Source: an uncultured Clostridia bacterium (lineage in GTDB: Bacteria > Bacillota > Clostridia > Oscillospirales > Oscillospiraceae). From it: a DNA stretch of 54,054 nucleotides. The position numbers were made by a program, and so were the translations under genes. The stretch is taken from NCBI GenBank assembly GCA_946542465.1, contig CAMNKQ010000001.1:1-54054 (forward strand), in the 5' to 3' direction. The stretch's first letter is position 1; each line of letters opens with the position of its first letter. The notes beneath the pieces are model-generated. The model saw only the letters and a program-made list of their open reading frames with translations, had not been told where the DNA came from and did no database searches. Positions 42,514 through 53,885 of this stretch are shown one piece after another.

Positions 42514-45036
42514 ATGGCACATAAAAGAGATTACAAACCCGAGGATATCGCCTTTCCCAATCAAGTCATCACCGAGTCGGAGCTGGTGGGCGAAATGCAG
42601 ACCAGCTACATCGACTATGCCATGTCGGTCATTGTCGGGCGCGCCCTGCCCGATGTGCGCGACGGCCTGAAGCCGGTGCACCGCCGTATCCTCTATACGA
42701 TGTATGAGGGCGGCCTGACCAGCGACAAGCCCTTTAAGAAATCCGCCACCTGCGTCGGCGACGTGCTGGGCCATTATCACCCCCACGGCGACGCCTCGGT
42801 CTACGACGCCATGGTGCGTCTGGCCCAGGATTTCTCCATGCGCTATATGCTGGTGGACGGCCACGGCAACTTCGGTTCCGTGGACGGCGACCCCCCTGCC
42901 GCCTACCGTTACACGGAGGCGCGGCTCTCGAAGATTTCCAATGAGATGCTGCGGGATATCGACAAGGAGACCGTGGACTGGGACCCGAACTTTGACGAGA
43001 CGAGAAAAGAACCCCGCGTTCTCCCCTCCCGTTTCCCCAACCTTCTGGTCAACGGCTCCAGCGGTATCGCCGTCGGCATGGCGACGAACATCCCGCCCCA
43101 CAACCTGACCGAGGTCATCAACGCCTGCATCTGCGTGCTGGAGAATCCCGAGGCCAGCCTGGCCGATCTGATGCAGCACGTCTCCGGCCCGGACTTTCCG
43201 ACCCGCGGCATCATCATGGGCCGCAGCGGCATCCGCCAGGCCTATGCCACGGGCCGCGGCAAGGTGATCGTCCGCGCCCGCACCGAGTTTGAGGAGCACG
43301 GGCAGAACCGCGTCCGCATTATCGTGACGGAGCTGCCCTATCAGGTCAACAAGCGCCAGCTCATCAAGAACATCGCCGATCAGGTGCACGACAAGCGCCT
43401 GGAGGGCATCTCCGACCTGCGGGATGAGACCGACCGCAACGGCATGCGCATCGTCATCGAGCTCAAGCGGGACGCCAATCCCCAGGTGGTGCTCAACCGC
43501 CTCTTCGCCCAGACGGCGCTGCAGTCCAGCTTTTCCATCAACATGCTGGCCCTGGTCAACAACCAGACCCAGCCCAAGATCCTCTCCCTGCGCCACATTC
43601 TGGACGAGTATCTGAACTTCCAGGAGGACGTCATCGTCCGCCGCACCCGCTTCGACCTGCGCAAGGCCGAGGAGCGGGCCCACTTGTTGGAGGGTCTGCT
43701 GATCGCCCAGGACAACATCGACGAGGTCATCCGCATCATCCGTTCCAGCTACGACAACGCCAAGCAGAACCTGATGGAGCGCTTCGGCCTGGACGACGTG
43801 CAGGCCCAGGCCATCTGCGACATGCGCCTGATCGCCCTGCAGGGTCTGAACCGGGAGAAGCTGGAGAACGAATACAAGGAGCTGGAGGAGAAGATCGCCT
43901 ACTTCAAGGATCTGCTGGCAGATCCCGAGAAGATCAAGGGCGTTTTGAAGGACGAGCTGATCCAGCTGCGGGACAAGTACGGCGATGCGCGCAAGACCGA
44001 GATCCAGGACGTGGCCGACGAGATCGACGTGGAGGACCTGATCGAGGAGGAAAACTGCGTCTTTACCCTGACCCACGGCGGCTACATCAAGCGCCTGCCG
44101 GTCAGCGAGTACCGGGCCCAGGGCCGCGGCGGCAAGGGTATCCGCGCCATGGCCACCAAGGAGGAGGACTATGTGGAGACCGTGTTCACCGCCTCCACCC
44201 ACGACAACATCCTCTTCTTCACCAACAAGGGCCGGGTCTATGTCAAGAAGGGCTATACCATCCCCGAGGCGGGGCGGGCCGCCCGCGGCACCAACATCGT
44301 GAACATCATCCCCGTGGAGAACGGGGAGCAGCCGGAGAAGGTGAGCGCCATGATCCGCGCCCGGGGATTGGAGGAGGACAAGTATCTCTTCTTTGTGACC
44401 CGCGAGGGCACGGTCAAGCGCATGAGCCAGTCGGCCCTGCGCAACATCCGCTCCACTGGCATCCGGGCGCTCAAGCTGGACGAGGGGGACGAGCTCATCA
44501 CCGTCATCCCCACCGACGGCAGCGAGCAGATCCTGATCGCCAGCCACCAGGGCGCGGCCGTCTGCTTCAACGAGAGCGACGTGCGTCCCATGGGCCGCGA
44601 GGCGGTGGGCGTGCGCGGCATCCGTCTGCGCGAGGGCGACTATGTCGTCGGCGCCGACAGCACCAGCGCGGGCGAGGCCCTGCTCACCATCACCGAGAAG
44701 GGCTACGGCAAGCGGACGAAGGTCGAGGAATACAGCGTCCACGGCCGCGGCGGCCTCGGCATCAAGAACTACAACATCACGGAGAAAACCGGACCCATCG
44801 CGGCGGTACGCATGGTGAACGCGGAGGACGATATTCTCATCATCACCGACGACGCCACCATCATCCGTCTCGCGGCCGGCGGCATCTCCCTGCTCGGCCG
44901 TGCCACCCAGGGCGTGCGCGTCATGCGTCCCGCTGCGGGCAGCCGCATCATCTCCATGGAGAAGACCGAGCGGGAGCCGGAGGAAGAGAGCGAAACCCAG
45001 AGCGAGGAGAACAACGAGACGACCACGGAGGAATAA
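42514..45036 (+). CDS. gyrA: DNA gyrase subunit A
   Basis: [17 protein letters not shown]-like [16 protein letters not shown]. Acidic C-terminal tail. Confidence 0.97.
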   Translation: MAHKRDYKPEDIAFPNQVITESELVGEMQTSYIDYAMSVIVGRALPDVRDGLKPVHRRILYTMYEGGLTSDKPFKKSATCVGDVLGHYHPHGDASVYDAMVRLAQDFSMRYMLVDGHGNFGSVDGDPPAAYRYTEARLSKISNEMLRDIDKETVDWDPNFDETRKEPRVLPSRFPNLLVNGSSGIAVGMATNIPPHNLTEVINACICVLENPEASLADLMQHVSGPDFPTRGIIMGRSGIRQAYATGRGKVIVRARTEFEEHGQNRVRIIVTELPYQVNKRQLIKNIADQVHDKRLEGISDLRDETDRNGMRIVIELKRDANPQVVLNRLFAQTALQSSFSINMLALVNNQTQPKILSLRHILDEYLNFQEDVIVRRTRFDLRKAEERAHLLEGLLIAQDNIDEVIRIIRSSYDNAKQNLMERFGLDDVQAQAICDMRLIALQGLNREKLENEYKELEEKIAYFKDLLADPEKIKGVLKDELIQLRDKYGDARKTEIQDVADEIDVEDLIEEENCVFTLTHGGYIKRLPVSEYRAQGRGGKGIRAMATKEEDYVETVFTASTHDNILFFTNKGRVYVKKGYTIPEAGRAARGTNIVNIIPVENGEQPEKVSAMIRARGLEEDKYLFFVTREGTVKRMSQSALRNIRSTGIRALKLDEGDELITVIPTDGSEQILIASHQGAAVCFNESDVRPMGREAVGVRGIRLREGDYVVGADSTSAGEALLTITEKGYGKRTKVEEYSVHGRGGLGIKNYNITEKTGPIAAVRMVNAEDDILIITDDATIIRLAAGGISLLGRATQGVRVMRPAAGSRIISMEKTEREPEEESETQSEENNETTTEE

Positions 45037-45039
45037 ACC

Positions 45040-45555
45040 ATGGCGGACTTGAAACAGCTTCAGCAGCAGCGGCAGCGGCAGAGCCGGAACAAATCCAGCT
45101 CCTCCAAGGGGGGCTGGCTCTGGATCGTGTTTGTGGTGATCGCCCTGCTGGCCAATCTGGACACGGGCGGACTGGAGAGCGCCTGGCGGGAGTTTGAATT
45201 CCGTCTGCGTTACGGCCTTGTGAATGTGGGAGAGATTTTTGCGCCCATCTTTTGCGTGATACTGCTTGTCTCGGCCCTTCTGCTGCTGAGGAAGATCGTC
45301 AAAAAGCGCAAAAAAGAAGTGGAGCACCCCTATGCCGCGGCCCGCACCTCGGCCGCCGTACAGCGGCGGGATCCCCGGACTCCGAGCTTTACAAAGCCCG
45401 AGGCACCCTGCATCGTCTGCGACCACACGGGTGAGGATCACTTTCAGCGGGACAAGGCCCGGCGCCTTGGCCAGCTGGATGAGTGGCTGCAAAACGGCCT
45501 GATCGACAAGGACGAATACCGGGTGCTGAAAGCGAGATACGAACAGGATATATGA
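45040..45555 (+). CDS. Membrane protein with a C-terminal SHOCT-like motif
   Basis: Two hydrophobic segments. LGQLDEWLQNGLIDKDEYRVLKARY resembles SHOCT. Confidence 0.5.
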   Translation: MADLKQLQQQRQRQSRNKSSSSKGGWLWIVFVVIALLANLDTGGLESAWREFEFRLRYGLVNVGEIFAPIFCVILLVSALLLLRKIVKKRKKEVEHPYAAARTSAAVQRRDPRTPSFTKPEAPCIVCDHTGEDHFQRDKARRLGQLDEWLQNGLIDKDEYRVLKARYEQDI

Positions 45556-46001
45556 AAACCGTACAGATCTATACCGACGGGGCCTGCAGCGGCAATCCGG
45601 GCCCCGGCGGCTGGGGGGCGATCCTGCTTTACAACGGCGTGGAGAAGGAGCTCTCCGGCGGCGAGGGGGAGACCACCAACAACCGCATGGAGATGACGGC
45701 GGTGATCTCCGCCCTGCTGGCCCTGAAAGAGAGCTGCATTGTGGAGCTCTATTCCGATTCCAAGTACGTCATCGACGCGCTGGAAAAGGGCTGGGCCTGG
45801 GGCTGGCGCAAAAAGGGCTGGATCAAGTCCGACAAAAAACCGGCGCTGAACCCGGATCTCTGGACCGTGCTGCTGGATCTGACGTGCCAGCATGAGATGC
45901 ACTACCACTGGGTCAAGGGCCACGCCGACAATGTCTACAACAACCGCTGTGACCAGATTGCCGTCAGGGAGAGAGATTTCTATGCCGCACAAGCCGATTG
46001 A
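45552..46001 (+). CDS. rnhA: Ribonuclease HI
   Basis: IYTDGACSGNPGPGGWG, TNNRMEM, W.KGHA....N..CD. ATGA overlap with the upstream gene. Confidence 0.9.
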   Translation: MKTVQIYTDGACSGNPGPGGWGAILLYNGVEKELSGGEGETTNNRMEMTAVISALLALKESCIVELYSDSKYVIDALEKGWAWGWRKKGWIKSDKKPALNPDLWTVLLDLTCQHEMHYHWVKGHADNVYNNRCDQIAVRERDFYAAQAD

Positions 46002-47748
46002 CTTTTCACAAAAACCCCTGAAAATCTTTATTTCCTATATAGGACATCATAAAAAGCTCTTTGCGATCGACATGGTCTGCGCCGTCCTGGTGGCGGTCAT
46101 CGACCTGGTGTTCCCCTATGTCTCCCGCAGCGCCATGCGGCTGTATCTGCCGGAGAAGCTCTATACCACCTTCTTTGTGGTGATGGGGATCCTGGTTCTG
46201 GCCTATGTGCTGAAGGGCTTTTTCTATTATGTGATCACGGTGCTGGGCCATAAGATGGGCGTTCTCACCGAGGCGGACATGCGCCGGGATCTCTTCACCC
46301 ATCTGCAGGAGCTGTCCTTCAGCTTCTACGACAAGAACCGCACCGGCGTGCTGCTCAGCCGCGTGGTCAGCGACCTCTTTGAGGTGACGGAGCTGGCCCA
46401 CCATGGCCCGGAGAACGTGCTGATCTGCTCCCTCAGCATCGTGGGCGCGCTCATCATGATGTTTTTCATCCAGTGGCAGCTGGCCCTGGTGCTGACGGTC
46501 GCGCTGCCGCTGGGCATCTGGTTTACGCTGAGCCAGCGCTTCCGCATGCGGCGGGCCAATGTGGAGGTCAAGCGGAAAACCGCCCTCATCACCGCCGCCA
46601 TCGAGTCCAGCATCTCCGGCGTGCGCACGGCCAAGGCCTTCGCCAATGAGGCGCGGGAGACGGAGAAGTTCGACGAGGCCAACGAGATCTTCAAGGGCGC
46701 CAAGGTGGAGTATTACCGCAGCATGGGCCTCTATATGAGCGGGATGGAGTTCACCACCGGCGCGATGCAGGTGCTGGTCATCGCGGCCGGCGGCCTGCTC
46801 ATCATGGGCGGGAAGATGAACTATGTGGATCTCATCACCTTCACCCTCTATGTCTCCACCTTCCTCTCGCCCCTGCGCCGCCTGGTGCAGTTTGCCGAGC
46901 AGTATATGCAGGGCACGGCGGGCTTCAGCCGTTTTCTGGAGATCATGCGCACCGAGCCGGACATCCAGGACGCGCCCGATGCCGTGGAGCTGGGACCCAT
47001 CGAGGGCCGCGTGGACTTTAACGATGTGAGCTTCCATTACGATAACGGCATCCCGGTGCTCCGCCATATCGATCTGCACGTGCGGCCGGGCGAGTGCCTG
47101 GCCGTGGTGGGCTCCTCCGGCGGCGGAAAGACCACCCTCTGCCAGCTTGTGCCCCGCTTTTATGAGGTCAGCGAGGGCAGCGTCACCGTGGACGGCGTGG
47201 ATGTGCGCCGCGTGACCCAGGGGAGCCTGCGCCGCGCCGTGGGCATCCTGCAGCAGGATGTGTTCATGTTTGCCGGTACCGTGCGGGAGAACATCCGCTA
47301 CGGCCGGCCCGATGCCACGGACGAGGAGATCGTGGAGGCGGCCAGGCGGGCCGAGATCCACGAGGAGATCATGGCCATGCCCGAGGGCTACGACACCTAT
47401 ATCGGTGAGCGGGGCGTGATGCTCTCCGGCGGACAGAAGCAGCGCATCTCCATCGCCCGGGTCTTTCTGAAAAATCCCCGGGTGCTGATTTTGGACGAGG
47501 CTACCTCGGCCCTGGACACGGTGACCGAGCAGAGCATCCAGCGCTCGCTGGACGAGCTGAGCAAGGGCCGCACCACCCTCATCATCGCCCACCGCCTCTC
47601 CACTGTCCGCCACGCGGACAGCATCGCCGTCATCGAGGACGAGCACGTGGTGGAGCAGGGCAGCCATCGGGAGCTGATGGCGAAAAACGGAATTTACGCG
47701 GGCCTGGTCAGGGCCCAGGAGATCGGCGAGGAGGACGAAGTATGCTGA
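45982..47748 (+). CDS. ABC exporter, fused permease/ATPase (MsbA-like)
   Basis: Six-TM N-terminal half, GSSGGGKTT Walker A, LSGGQKQRISIAR signature, ILDEATSALD. Confidence 0.9.
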   Translation: MPHKPIDFSQKPLKIFISYIGHHKKLFAIDMVCAVLVAVIDLVFPYVSRSAMRLYLPEKLYTTFFVVMGILVLAYVLKGFFYYVITVLGHKMGVLTEADMRRDLFTHLQELSFSFYDKNRTGVLLSRVVSDLFEVTELAHHGPENVLICSLSIVGALIMMFFIQWQLALVLTVALPLGIWFTLSQRFRMRRANVEVKRKTALITAAIESSISGVRTAKAFANEARETEKFDEANEIFKGAKVEYYRSMGLYMSGMEFTTGAMQVLVIAAGGLLIMGGKMNYVDLITFTLYVSTFLSPLRRLVQFAEQYMQGTAGFSRFLEIMRTEPDIQDAPDAVELGPIEGRVDFNDVSFHYDNGIPVLRHIDLHVRPGECLAVVGSSGGGKTTLCQLVPRFYEVSEGSVTVDGVDVRRVTQGSLRRAVGILQQDVFMFAGTVRENIRYGRPDATDEEIVEAARRAEIHEEIMAMPEGYDTYIGERGVMLSGGQKQRISIARVFLKNPRVLILDEATSALDTVTEQSIQRSLDELSKGRTTLIIAHRLSTVRHADSIAVIEDEHVVEQGSHRELMAKNGIYAGLVRAQEIGEEDEVC

Positions 47749-48323
47749 CAATTCGCAAGGGCGGACACGTGGATCTGGAGCGCCTGTACAGCGCCATGGA
47801 GATCGACTTTGATCAGAAGGAGCTGCTGGGCAAGTGGAGCATCCACAAAGCCCTCTCGGCCGGCGATCAGGAGCTGCTGGTCTTTTCCGACGGGGAATCC
47901 GGCATCGACCAGGGCTACGCGCTGGTCATGAGCCGCGGGCTCTACGGCTATGTGCTGCTCAAGTATCTGGGCATCCTGCCCTGGTTCCGGCAGCAGGGCC
48001 TGGGTATCGAGGCCATGCGCCTCATCAACAAGCGCTATGCCGATAAGCAGGGCATCCTGGCGGAGCTGACCACCTTTGACGATGAAGGCGGGGCCTACCT
48101 GCGCCGTCTGCGCAAGTTCTTTGCCCGCTTCGGCTATGTGCTGGTGGAGAGCGATTACCGCATCGGCGGCTCCCCGGTGGAGCTGATGGTCAAGCCCATC
48201 AAGGGCAGCGAGGACATCGCCCCCATTGCGCCGCGCATGATCCGGGATTTCTACTCCCGCTGCCTGCGCTTTTCCTCCTATGAGCGCATGATCGACATTC
48301 GCCCCGTGGAGACGCAGAAGTGA
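47742..48323 (+). CDS. GNAT-family N-acetyltransferase-like protein
   Basis: ILPWFRQQGLGIEAMRLI acetyl-CoA-binding-type motif. Confidence 0.55.
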   Translation: MLTIRKGGHVDLERLYSAMEIDFDQKELLGKWSIHKALSAGDQELLVFSDGESGIDQGYALVMSRGLYGYVLLKYLGILPWFRQQGLGIEAMRLINKRYADKQGILAELTTFDDEGGAYLRRLRKFFARFGYVLVESDYRIGGSPVELMVKPIKGSEDIAPIAPRMIRDFYSRCLRFSSYERMIDIRPVETQK

Positions 48324-48973
48324 GCACGAAAGCGGTTCTCTTCGATATGGACGGGCTCATCTTCGACTCCGAACGGGCCGTGCTGGCCTGCTGGCAGGAG
48401 GTGGGGGCCCGCTTTTCTCTCCGCGGGATCGAGCAGGTCTTTGTCCGCTGCGTGGGCGTGAACAAGCAGCGCACGCGGCAGATCTTCCTTGAGGCCTATC
48501 CGGAGCTGGACTTTGACCGCTTTGACGAGGCGGTGCGCGCCCTGTTTCTCTCCCGCTATGACAAAGGCCGCCTGCCCCTCAAGCCCGGCGCGCGGGAGAT
48601 CCTGACCGCGCTGAAGGAGGCCGGGATCCCCCTGGCCCTGGCCTCCTCCACCAGGCTGGTGACCGTCCGGCGGGAGCTGGACGAGGCGGGACTGCTGCCC
48701 TTTTTCGACGCCGTGATCGGCGGGGATACGGTGGCGCACTCCAAGCCCGACCCGGAGATCTTTCTCACCGCGGCCTCCCTTCTGGGCGCCGCGCCGGCGG
48801 ACTGCTGGGTGATCGAGGACTCCTTCAACGGCATCCGGGCCGCCCACGCCGGCGGCATGCACCCCATCATGGTGCCGGACCTGCTCCCGCCGGATGAGGA
48901 GATGGCGGAAAAGGCCGAGATCATTGTGAAAGACTTGTTGGAAGCGAAGGCCTACCTGCTGCCGAGAGTGTGA
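48320..48973 (+). CDS. HAD-superfamily hydrolase (subfamily IA)
   Basis: AVLFDMDGLIFDSE motif I and ...EDS.NGI.AA.AAGM motif. GTG start. Confidence 0.8.
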   Translation: MSTKAVLFDMDGLIFDSERAVLACWQEVGARFSLRGIEQVFVRCVGVNKQRTRQIFLEAYPELDFDRFDEAVRALFLSRYDKGRLPLKPGAREILTALKEAGIPLALASSTRLVTVRRELDEAGLLPFFDAVIGGDTVAHSKPDPEIFLTAASLLGAAPADCWVIEDSFNGIRAAHAGGMHPIMVPDLLPPDEEMAEKAEIIVKDLLEAKAYLLPRV

Positions 48974-49058
48974 AGAACGGATTGGTGCGACAAAGCTGGG
49001 AATCGGCGCCGATCTTCGTCTTGTCTCGCAGCGGAAAAGAGGATATAATAATCCAGTA

Positions 49059-52000
49059 ATGAACATCCTGATCAATCAAATATTTGAAAACAAGGAAGCC
49101 GCCGCCCTCCCCGGTCTGCTGGAGAGCGGAGGGCTTCCTGCGCTCGTTTCCGGGCTCTCGGCGGTGCATCGGGCCAATCTGGCCGCCGCCCTGCGGGAGA
49201 GGAGCGGTCTGCCCCTCTTTGTCATCTGCCCGGACGACACCGCGGCGGAGAACTTCGCCAACGACCTGAGCGCCATGCTGCGCCAGCCGGCGCTGAGCCT
49301 GGGCATGCGGGACTTCACCTTCTATCCCGCCGAGGCCGCCTCTCGCCAGGCCGAGCAGCGGCGCATCGCCGTGCTGCACGTCCTGGCCGAGAACCGCGCC
49401 CCGGTGGTCACGGCCTCCATCTCCGGCCTCATGCAGCGCACGATGCCCGCCGATACCCTGCGCCGGGCGGCCTTCACCATCGAGAGCAGCGGCAGCTATG
49501 CCATTGAGGACATTGAGGACGCGCTGCTGCGCTGCGGCTATGCCCGCACCAACCAGGTGGAGGGCCCGGGGCAATTTGCCCACCGCGGTGGCATTCTGGA
49601 CTTCTTCTCTCCGGCGGATCACGAGCCGGTGCGCATCGAGTTCTGGGGCGATGAGATCGACTCCATGGGCTACTTCGACGTGGCCTCCCAGCGGCGTACC
49701 GAGGCGATCGAGCGCTGCACCATCCTGCCGGCGGCGGAGACCCTGCCCTCCCTGACCGTGGGCGGTATCGAGACCCTCTGCCGCCAGATCGAGAGCTTTG
49801 CCGAGCGCTTTGCCAAAAAGCGCAGCAGCGAAAACGCCGCGACCCTGGCCGCCACCCTGCGGGGGGACGCGGAGCGGCTGCGCGGCGGCGTGGTGCTCTC
49901 GGACGCGGACCGCTACCTGCCGGTGATCTACACCGCGGCCAGCGCTCTGGACTACATCCCGGAGGACGCGCTGCTGATCCTGGATCAGCCGGCCCGCTGC
50001 GCCGAACGCGCCCGGGACTACATGAAACAGCTCACCGAGGATCTGCGGGAGCTGCAAAAGCGGGGCCAGGTGGCCGTCTCGGCCGACAGCTTCTATGAGA
50101 GCTGGGACGCGGTCGTCAAGCGCCTGGCGGATTTCCCGGTCTATATGGCCGACGCCTTTACCGTGGGCCGCACGCCCCTGCCGCCCAAGACCATGGTCAG
50201 CATTCCGGCCAAGCAGCTGCCCTCCTACGCCGGCAGCGCCCAGGCGGCGGCCGAGGATGTGAAGCTCTATCTCAAGCAGGACTACCGGGTGGTGGTGCTG
50301 GCCGGGGATGAGCGCCGGGCCAAGGTGCTGCAGGATTTCTTCAAGGAGCACGAGATCCCGGCCCTCTTCGACCCGGAGATGAAAAAGCTGCCCACGGCGG
50401 GCCAGTGCCGCATCGGCGTCGGCTCCCTCTCCGCGGGCATCGAATACCCGGGCATCAAGCTTGCCATCCTGACGGACGCCCAGCTGATCCGAAAAAAGAA
50501 CAAAAAGCCGGGCAGCAAAAAGAAGCTGCCCGCCAACCGCCAGCGGATCGAGAGCTATGCCGATCTCTCCGTGGGCGACTTCGTGGTGCATGAAAACCAC
50601 GGTATCGGCCGTTTTGCCGGCATTGTGAAGATGACGGTGGACGGCTTTGAAAAGGACTACATCAAGCTCAACTACGCCGGCACCGACACCCTCTATGTCC
50701 CGGCCACCCAGCTGGACATGGTATCCAAGTATACCGGCGGCGGGGAGGAAAAGCCTGTCAAGCTCAGCAAGATGGGCGGCACCGAGTGGGCCAAGACCCG
50801 CTCCCGGGCCAAGAGCGCGGCCAAGGACATGGCCAAGAAGCTCATCGCCCTCTATGCCGAGCGGCAGCGCCTGCCGGGTTATGCCTTTGCTCCGGACAGC
50901 GAGTGGCAGCGGGAGTTCGAGGAGAACTTCGGCTACACCGAGACCGACGATCAGCTCCGCTGCGTGGCGGAGATCAAGCAGGACATGGAGTCCTCCGTGC
51001 CCATGGACCGTCTGCTCTGCGGCGACGTGGGCTTCGGCAAGACCGAGGTGGCCCTGCGGGCGGTGATGAAATGCGTCCTGGACGGCAAGCAGGCGGCCAT
51101 TCTGGTGCCCACCACGGTCCTGGCCCAGCAGCATTACCAGACCGCGCTGCAGCGCTTCTTCGGCTTCCCGGTGAACATCGGGGTGCTCAGCCGCTTCAAG
51201 ACCGGCGGCCAGAGCAGCAAGACCCTCTCGGAGCTGGCTCAGGGCAAGATCGACCTGATCATCGGCACCCACCGGCTTCTCAGCAAGGACGTGCATTTCA
51301 AGGATCTGGGCTTGCTGGTGGTGGACGAGGAGCAGCGCTTCGGCGTCACCCACAAGGAACATATCAAGGAGCTGAGCCGCGGCGTCGACGTGCTGACCCT
51401 CTCGGCCACGCCCATCCCCCGGACGCTCAACATGGCCATGTCCGGCATCCGGGACATGTCCACCATTGAGGAGCCGCCGGAGGACCGCCTCCCGGTACAG
51501 ACCTTCGTCATGGAGCACGACTGGGGCGTGTTGGCCGACGCCATCCGAAGGGAGATCCAGCGCGGCGGGCAGGTATACTATCTGCACAACCGCATCGAGG
51601 ACATCGACCGCACGGCCCTGCGCCTCATGGATCTGCTCAAGGACGTGACGGTCGCGGTGGCCCACGGCAAGATGGATAAGAACATGCTCTCCTCGGTCAT
51701 GGACGATGTAGCCAGCGGCCAGATCCAGGTGCTGGTCTGCACCACCATCATCGAGACCGGCATCGACATCCCCAACGTCAACACCCTCATCATCGAGGAC
51801 GCGGATAAGCTGGGCCTGGCCCAGCTGCACCAGATCCGCGGGCGCGTGGGCCGCTCCACCCGCCGGGCCTCGGCCTATCTGACCTTCCGCCGGGACAAGG
51901 TGCTGACGGAGATCGCGGAGAAGCGCCTGAGCGCCATCCGGGATTTCGCGGCCTTCGGCTCCGGCTTCAAGATCGCCATGCGGGATCTGGAGATCCGCGG

Positions 52001-52571
52001 CGCGGGCAATCTCCTGGGCGCGGAGCAGTCGGGCCACATGATCGATGTGGGCTACGATATGTATATGAAGCTGCTGAACGAGGCGGTGCTGGAGGCGCGG
52101 GGCGTCCCGGTGCCCCAGCGGGCGGAATGCTCGGCGGACCTGGCTGTGGCGGCCAACATCCCGGAGCGCTATATCCCGGCCTCGGAGCAGCGCATGGACA
52201 TCTACCGGCGCATCGCCCTGATCCGCACCGAGGCGGAGGCGGACGATCTCACCGATGAGCTCATCGACCGCTTCGGCGATCCGCCGCCGGGCGTGAACGC
52301 GCTGATCCACGTGGCGCTGCTGCGCGGCGAGGCCGGCCGGGCCGGCATCACCGACATCGCCCAGAAGCAGGGCTATCTCCGCTTTACCGTGGAGGACTTC
52401 AACATGGAAAAGGTCTCCGCCCTCTACGCCCGTCCCGAGTACATAGGCCGCCTGCGGGTGGAGGCGGGCTCCAAGCCCTGCCTGAGCCTGCGCATCAAGG
52501 CCAAGGGCCGGGTCATCGACGAGGCACGCAAATTTGTCTCCGACTGGGGCGGAAATACGAATAATTCTTGA
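49059..52571 (+). CDS. mfd: Transcription-repair coupling factor
   Basis: ~1170 aa. DRLLCGDVGFGKTEVA, LVVDEEQRFGV, QLHQIRGRVGRS. Confidence 0.95.
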   Translation: MNILINQIFENKEAAALPGLLESGGLPALVSGLSAVHRANLAAALRERSGLPLFVICPDDTAAENFANDLSAMLRQPALSLGMRDFTFYPAEAASRQAEQRRIAVLHVLAENRAPVVTASISGLMQRTMPADTLRRAAFTIESSGSYAIEDIEDALLRCGYARTNQVEGPGQFAHRGGILDFFSPADHEPVRIEFWGDEIDSMGYFDVASQRRTEAIERCTILPAAETLPSLTVGGIETLCRQIESFAERFAKKRSSENAATLAATLRGDAERLRGGVVLSDADRYLPVIYTAASALDYIPEDALLILDQPARCAERARDYMKQLTEDLRELQKRGQVAVSADSFYESWDAVVKRLADFPVYMADAFTVGRTPLPPKTMVSIPAKQLPSYAGSAQAAAEDVKLYLKQDYRVVVLAGDERRAKVLQDFFKEHEIPALFDPEMKKLPTAGQCRIGVGSLSAGIEYPGIKLAILTDAQLIRKKNKKPGSKKKLPANRQRIESYADLSVGDFVVHENHGIGRFAGIVKMTVDGFEKDYIKLNYAGTDTLYVPATQLDMVSKYTGGGEEKPVKLSKMGGTEWAKTRSRAKSAAKDMAKKLIALYAERQRLPGYAFAPDSEWQREFEENFGYTETDDQLRCVAEIKQDMESSVPMDRLLCGDVGFGKTEVALRAVMKCVLDGKQAAILVPTTVLAQQHYQTALQRFFGFPVNIGVLSRFKTGGQSSKTLSELAQGKIDLIIGTHRLLSKDVHFKDLGLLVVDEEQRFGVTHKEHIKELSRGVDVLTLSATPIPRTLNMAMSGIRDMSTIEEPPEDRLPVQTFVMEHDWGVLADAIRREIQRGGQVYYLHNRIEDIDRTALRLMDLLKDVTVAVAHGKMDKNMLSSVMDDVASGQIQVLVCTTIIETGIDIPNVNTLIIEDADKLGLAQLHQIRGRVGRSTRRASAYLTFRRDKVLTEIAEKRLSAIRDFAAFGSGFKIAMRDLEIRGAGNLLGAEQSGHMIDVGYDMYMKLLNEAVLEARGVPVPQRAECSADLAVAANIPERYIPASEQRMDIYRRIALIRTEAEADDLTDELIDRFGDPPPGVNALIHVALLRGEAGRAGITDIAQKQGYLRFTVEDFNMEKVSALYARPEYIGRLRVEAGSKPCLSLRIKAKGRVIDEARKFVSDWGGNTNNS

Positions 52572-52642
52572 ATTATCGCCTCGCCTGCTTGTGAAAGCGG
52601 GACTTTGGTGGTATCATGCGGGAGAGAAAGGATCTGATACCG

Positions 52643-53836
52643 ATGAAAAAATTTGTTGTTGTGCTGCTGGCACTCTGTATCGTAGCCGGCGGCGTTCTGG
52701 GATATTCTTACGGCGTAAAGGAGCGGCTGGCTCCCCCCGCCGCCGCGGCTGCGGAGGAACCGGCGGCGAGCGCGGCGCCCGCGGTTCAAGCCGCTACGCT
52801 GGACTATGAGGCGATCTACGCCCTGCATGAGCCGGACGAGGTCGTCATGACCGTGGGCGACAAAGAGGTCACCTGGGCGGAGTATTTCTATTACCTCTAT
52901 CGCCAGGCCCAGTCGGTGGAGAGCTACTTCACCTCGATGGCCTCCTATGGCATTGAGAGCTCCTGGGACGATCCGGCCGAGGAGGACGGCACCACCTTTG
53001 CCCAGCTCACGGTAGAGAGCGCGGACAGTACGGCCCTCAGTCTGAAGGCCATGGAGAGCTTTGCCGAGGCCAACGGCATCGCTCTCAGCGAGGCCGACCG
53101 CGCCAGCATTGAAGAAAAGGTGAAGACCGATATTGCCGCCGCCTGCGGCGAGGGCGCCACCCGCGAGGATTTTGACGCCTATCTGGCCGGCTTCTATATG
53201 CCCAGCAAGCTCTACGATCAGATGAACGAGCTGAGCGTGCTCTACCAGAAGGGCTATATCCAGCTCTACGGCGAGAACGGCGAGAAACTCTCCGACGAGG
53301 AGACGCTCTCCTGGCTGGAGGGCCAGGACTATATGGCGGCCAACCATATCCTGCTCATGACCAAGGATCCCAGCAGCTATGAGAGCCTGGACGAGGAGAC
53401 CGTCGCGGCCAAGAAGGAGCTTGCCGAGCAGATCGCCGCGGAACTGCAGGGCATGGACGACGATGAGGAGATGATGGCCCGCTTTGCCGAACTGAAAGAG
53501 GAGTACGACGAGGATACCGGCAAGGTCATGTTCCCCAACGGCTATCTGTTCCTGCCCGGCAGCATGGTGGCGGAGTTTGAAAACGCGGTGAAGGCCCAGG
53601 AGGAGTACCAGGTCTCCGACCCGGTGGAATCCAACTACGGCTATCACGTGATCGTCACGCTGCCGCTGGATCCGGACGCGATCGTGGATTACAGCAGCAA
53701 CGGCACCGCCCTGACCGCCCGCAGCACGGCGGCCAACGCCATCTACGCCAAGGCGCTGGATGATTTCACCCTGGAGCAGGCGGTCGTGCCCACGGAGGGC
53801 TTCGAGGCCCCGAACTTGACCGACTATCTGAAATAA
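52643..53836 (+). CDS. PrsA/SurA-like peptidyl-prolyl isomerase lipoprotein/secreted protein
   Basis: Signal peptide with Cys, ANHILL, and NYGYHVI parvulin motifs. Confidence 0.7.
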   Translation: MKKFVVVLLALCIVAGGVLGYSYGVKERLAPPAAAAAEEPAASAAPAVQAATLDYEAIYALHEPDEVVMTVGDKEVTWAEYFYYLYRQAQSVESYFTSMASYGIESSWDDPAEEDGTTFAQLTVESADSTALSLKAMESFAEANGIALSEADRASIEEKVKTDIAAACGEGATREDFDAYLAGFYMPSKLYDQMNELSVLYQKGYIQLYGENGEKLSDEETLSWLEGQDYMAANHILLMTKDPSSYESLDEETVAAKKELAEQIAAELQGMDDDEEMMARFAELKEEYDEDTGKVMFPNGYLFLPGSMVAEFENAVKAQEEYQVSDPVESNYGYHVIVTLPLDPDAIVDYSSNGTALTARSTAANAIYAKALDDFTLEQAVVPTEGFEAPNLTDYLK

Positions 53837-53852
53837 GGAAAGATTGCATAAA

Positions 53853-53885
53853 CCGCCCTGTGACTTCGGTCACGGGGCGGTTTTT
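53853..53885. terminator. Bidirectional Rho-independent terminator
   Basis: CCGCCCTGTGAC ttcg GTCACGGGGCGG followed by TTTTT. Also contains the stop of the convergent partial gene. Confidence 0.85.

Noticed and set aside
42427-45492. 1021-aa ORF antisense to gyrA, plus similar long shadow ORFs at 48921-52310, 24845-26836, 34062-35855, 40548-42515, 46006-47751, 18538-20169 and 21906-23015
   Set aside because: These lie opposite well-supported conserved genes in high-GC DNA, where stop codons are rare. Their translations are low-complexity and rich in Gly/Ala/Arg/His/Asp, with no recognisable motifs. They are typical antisense shadow ORFs.
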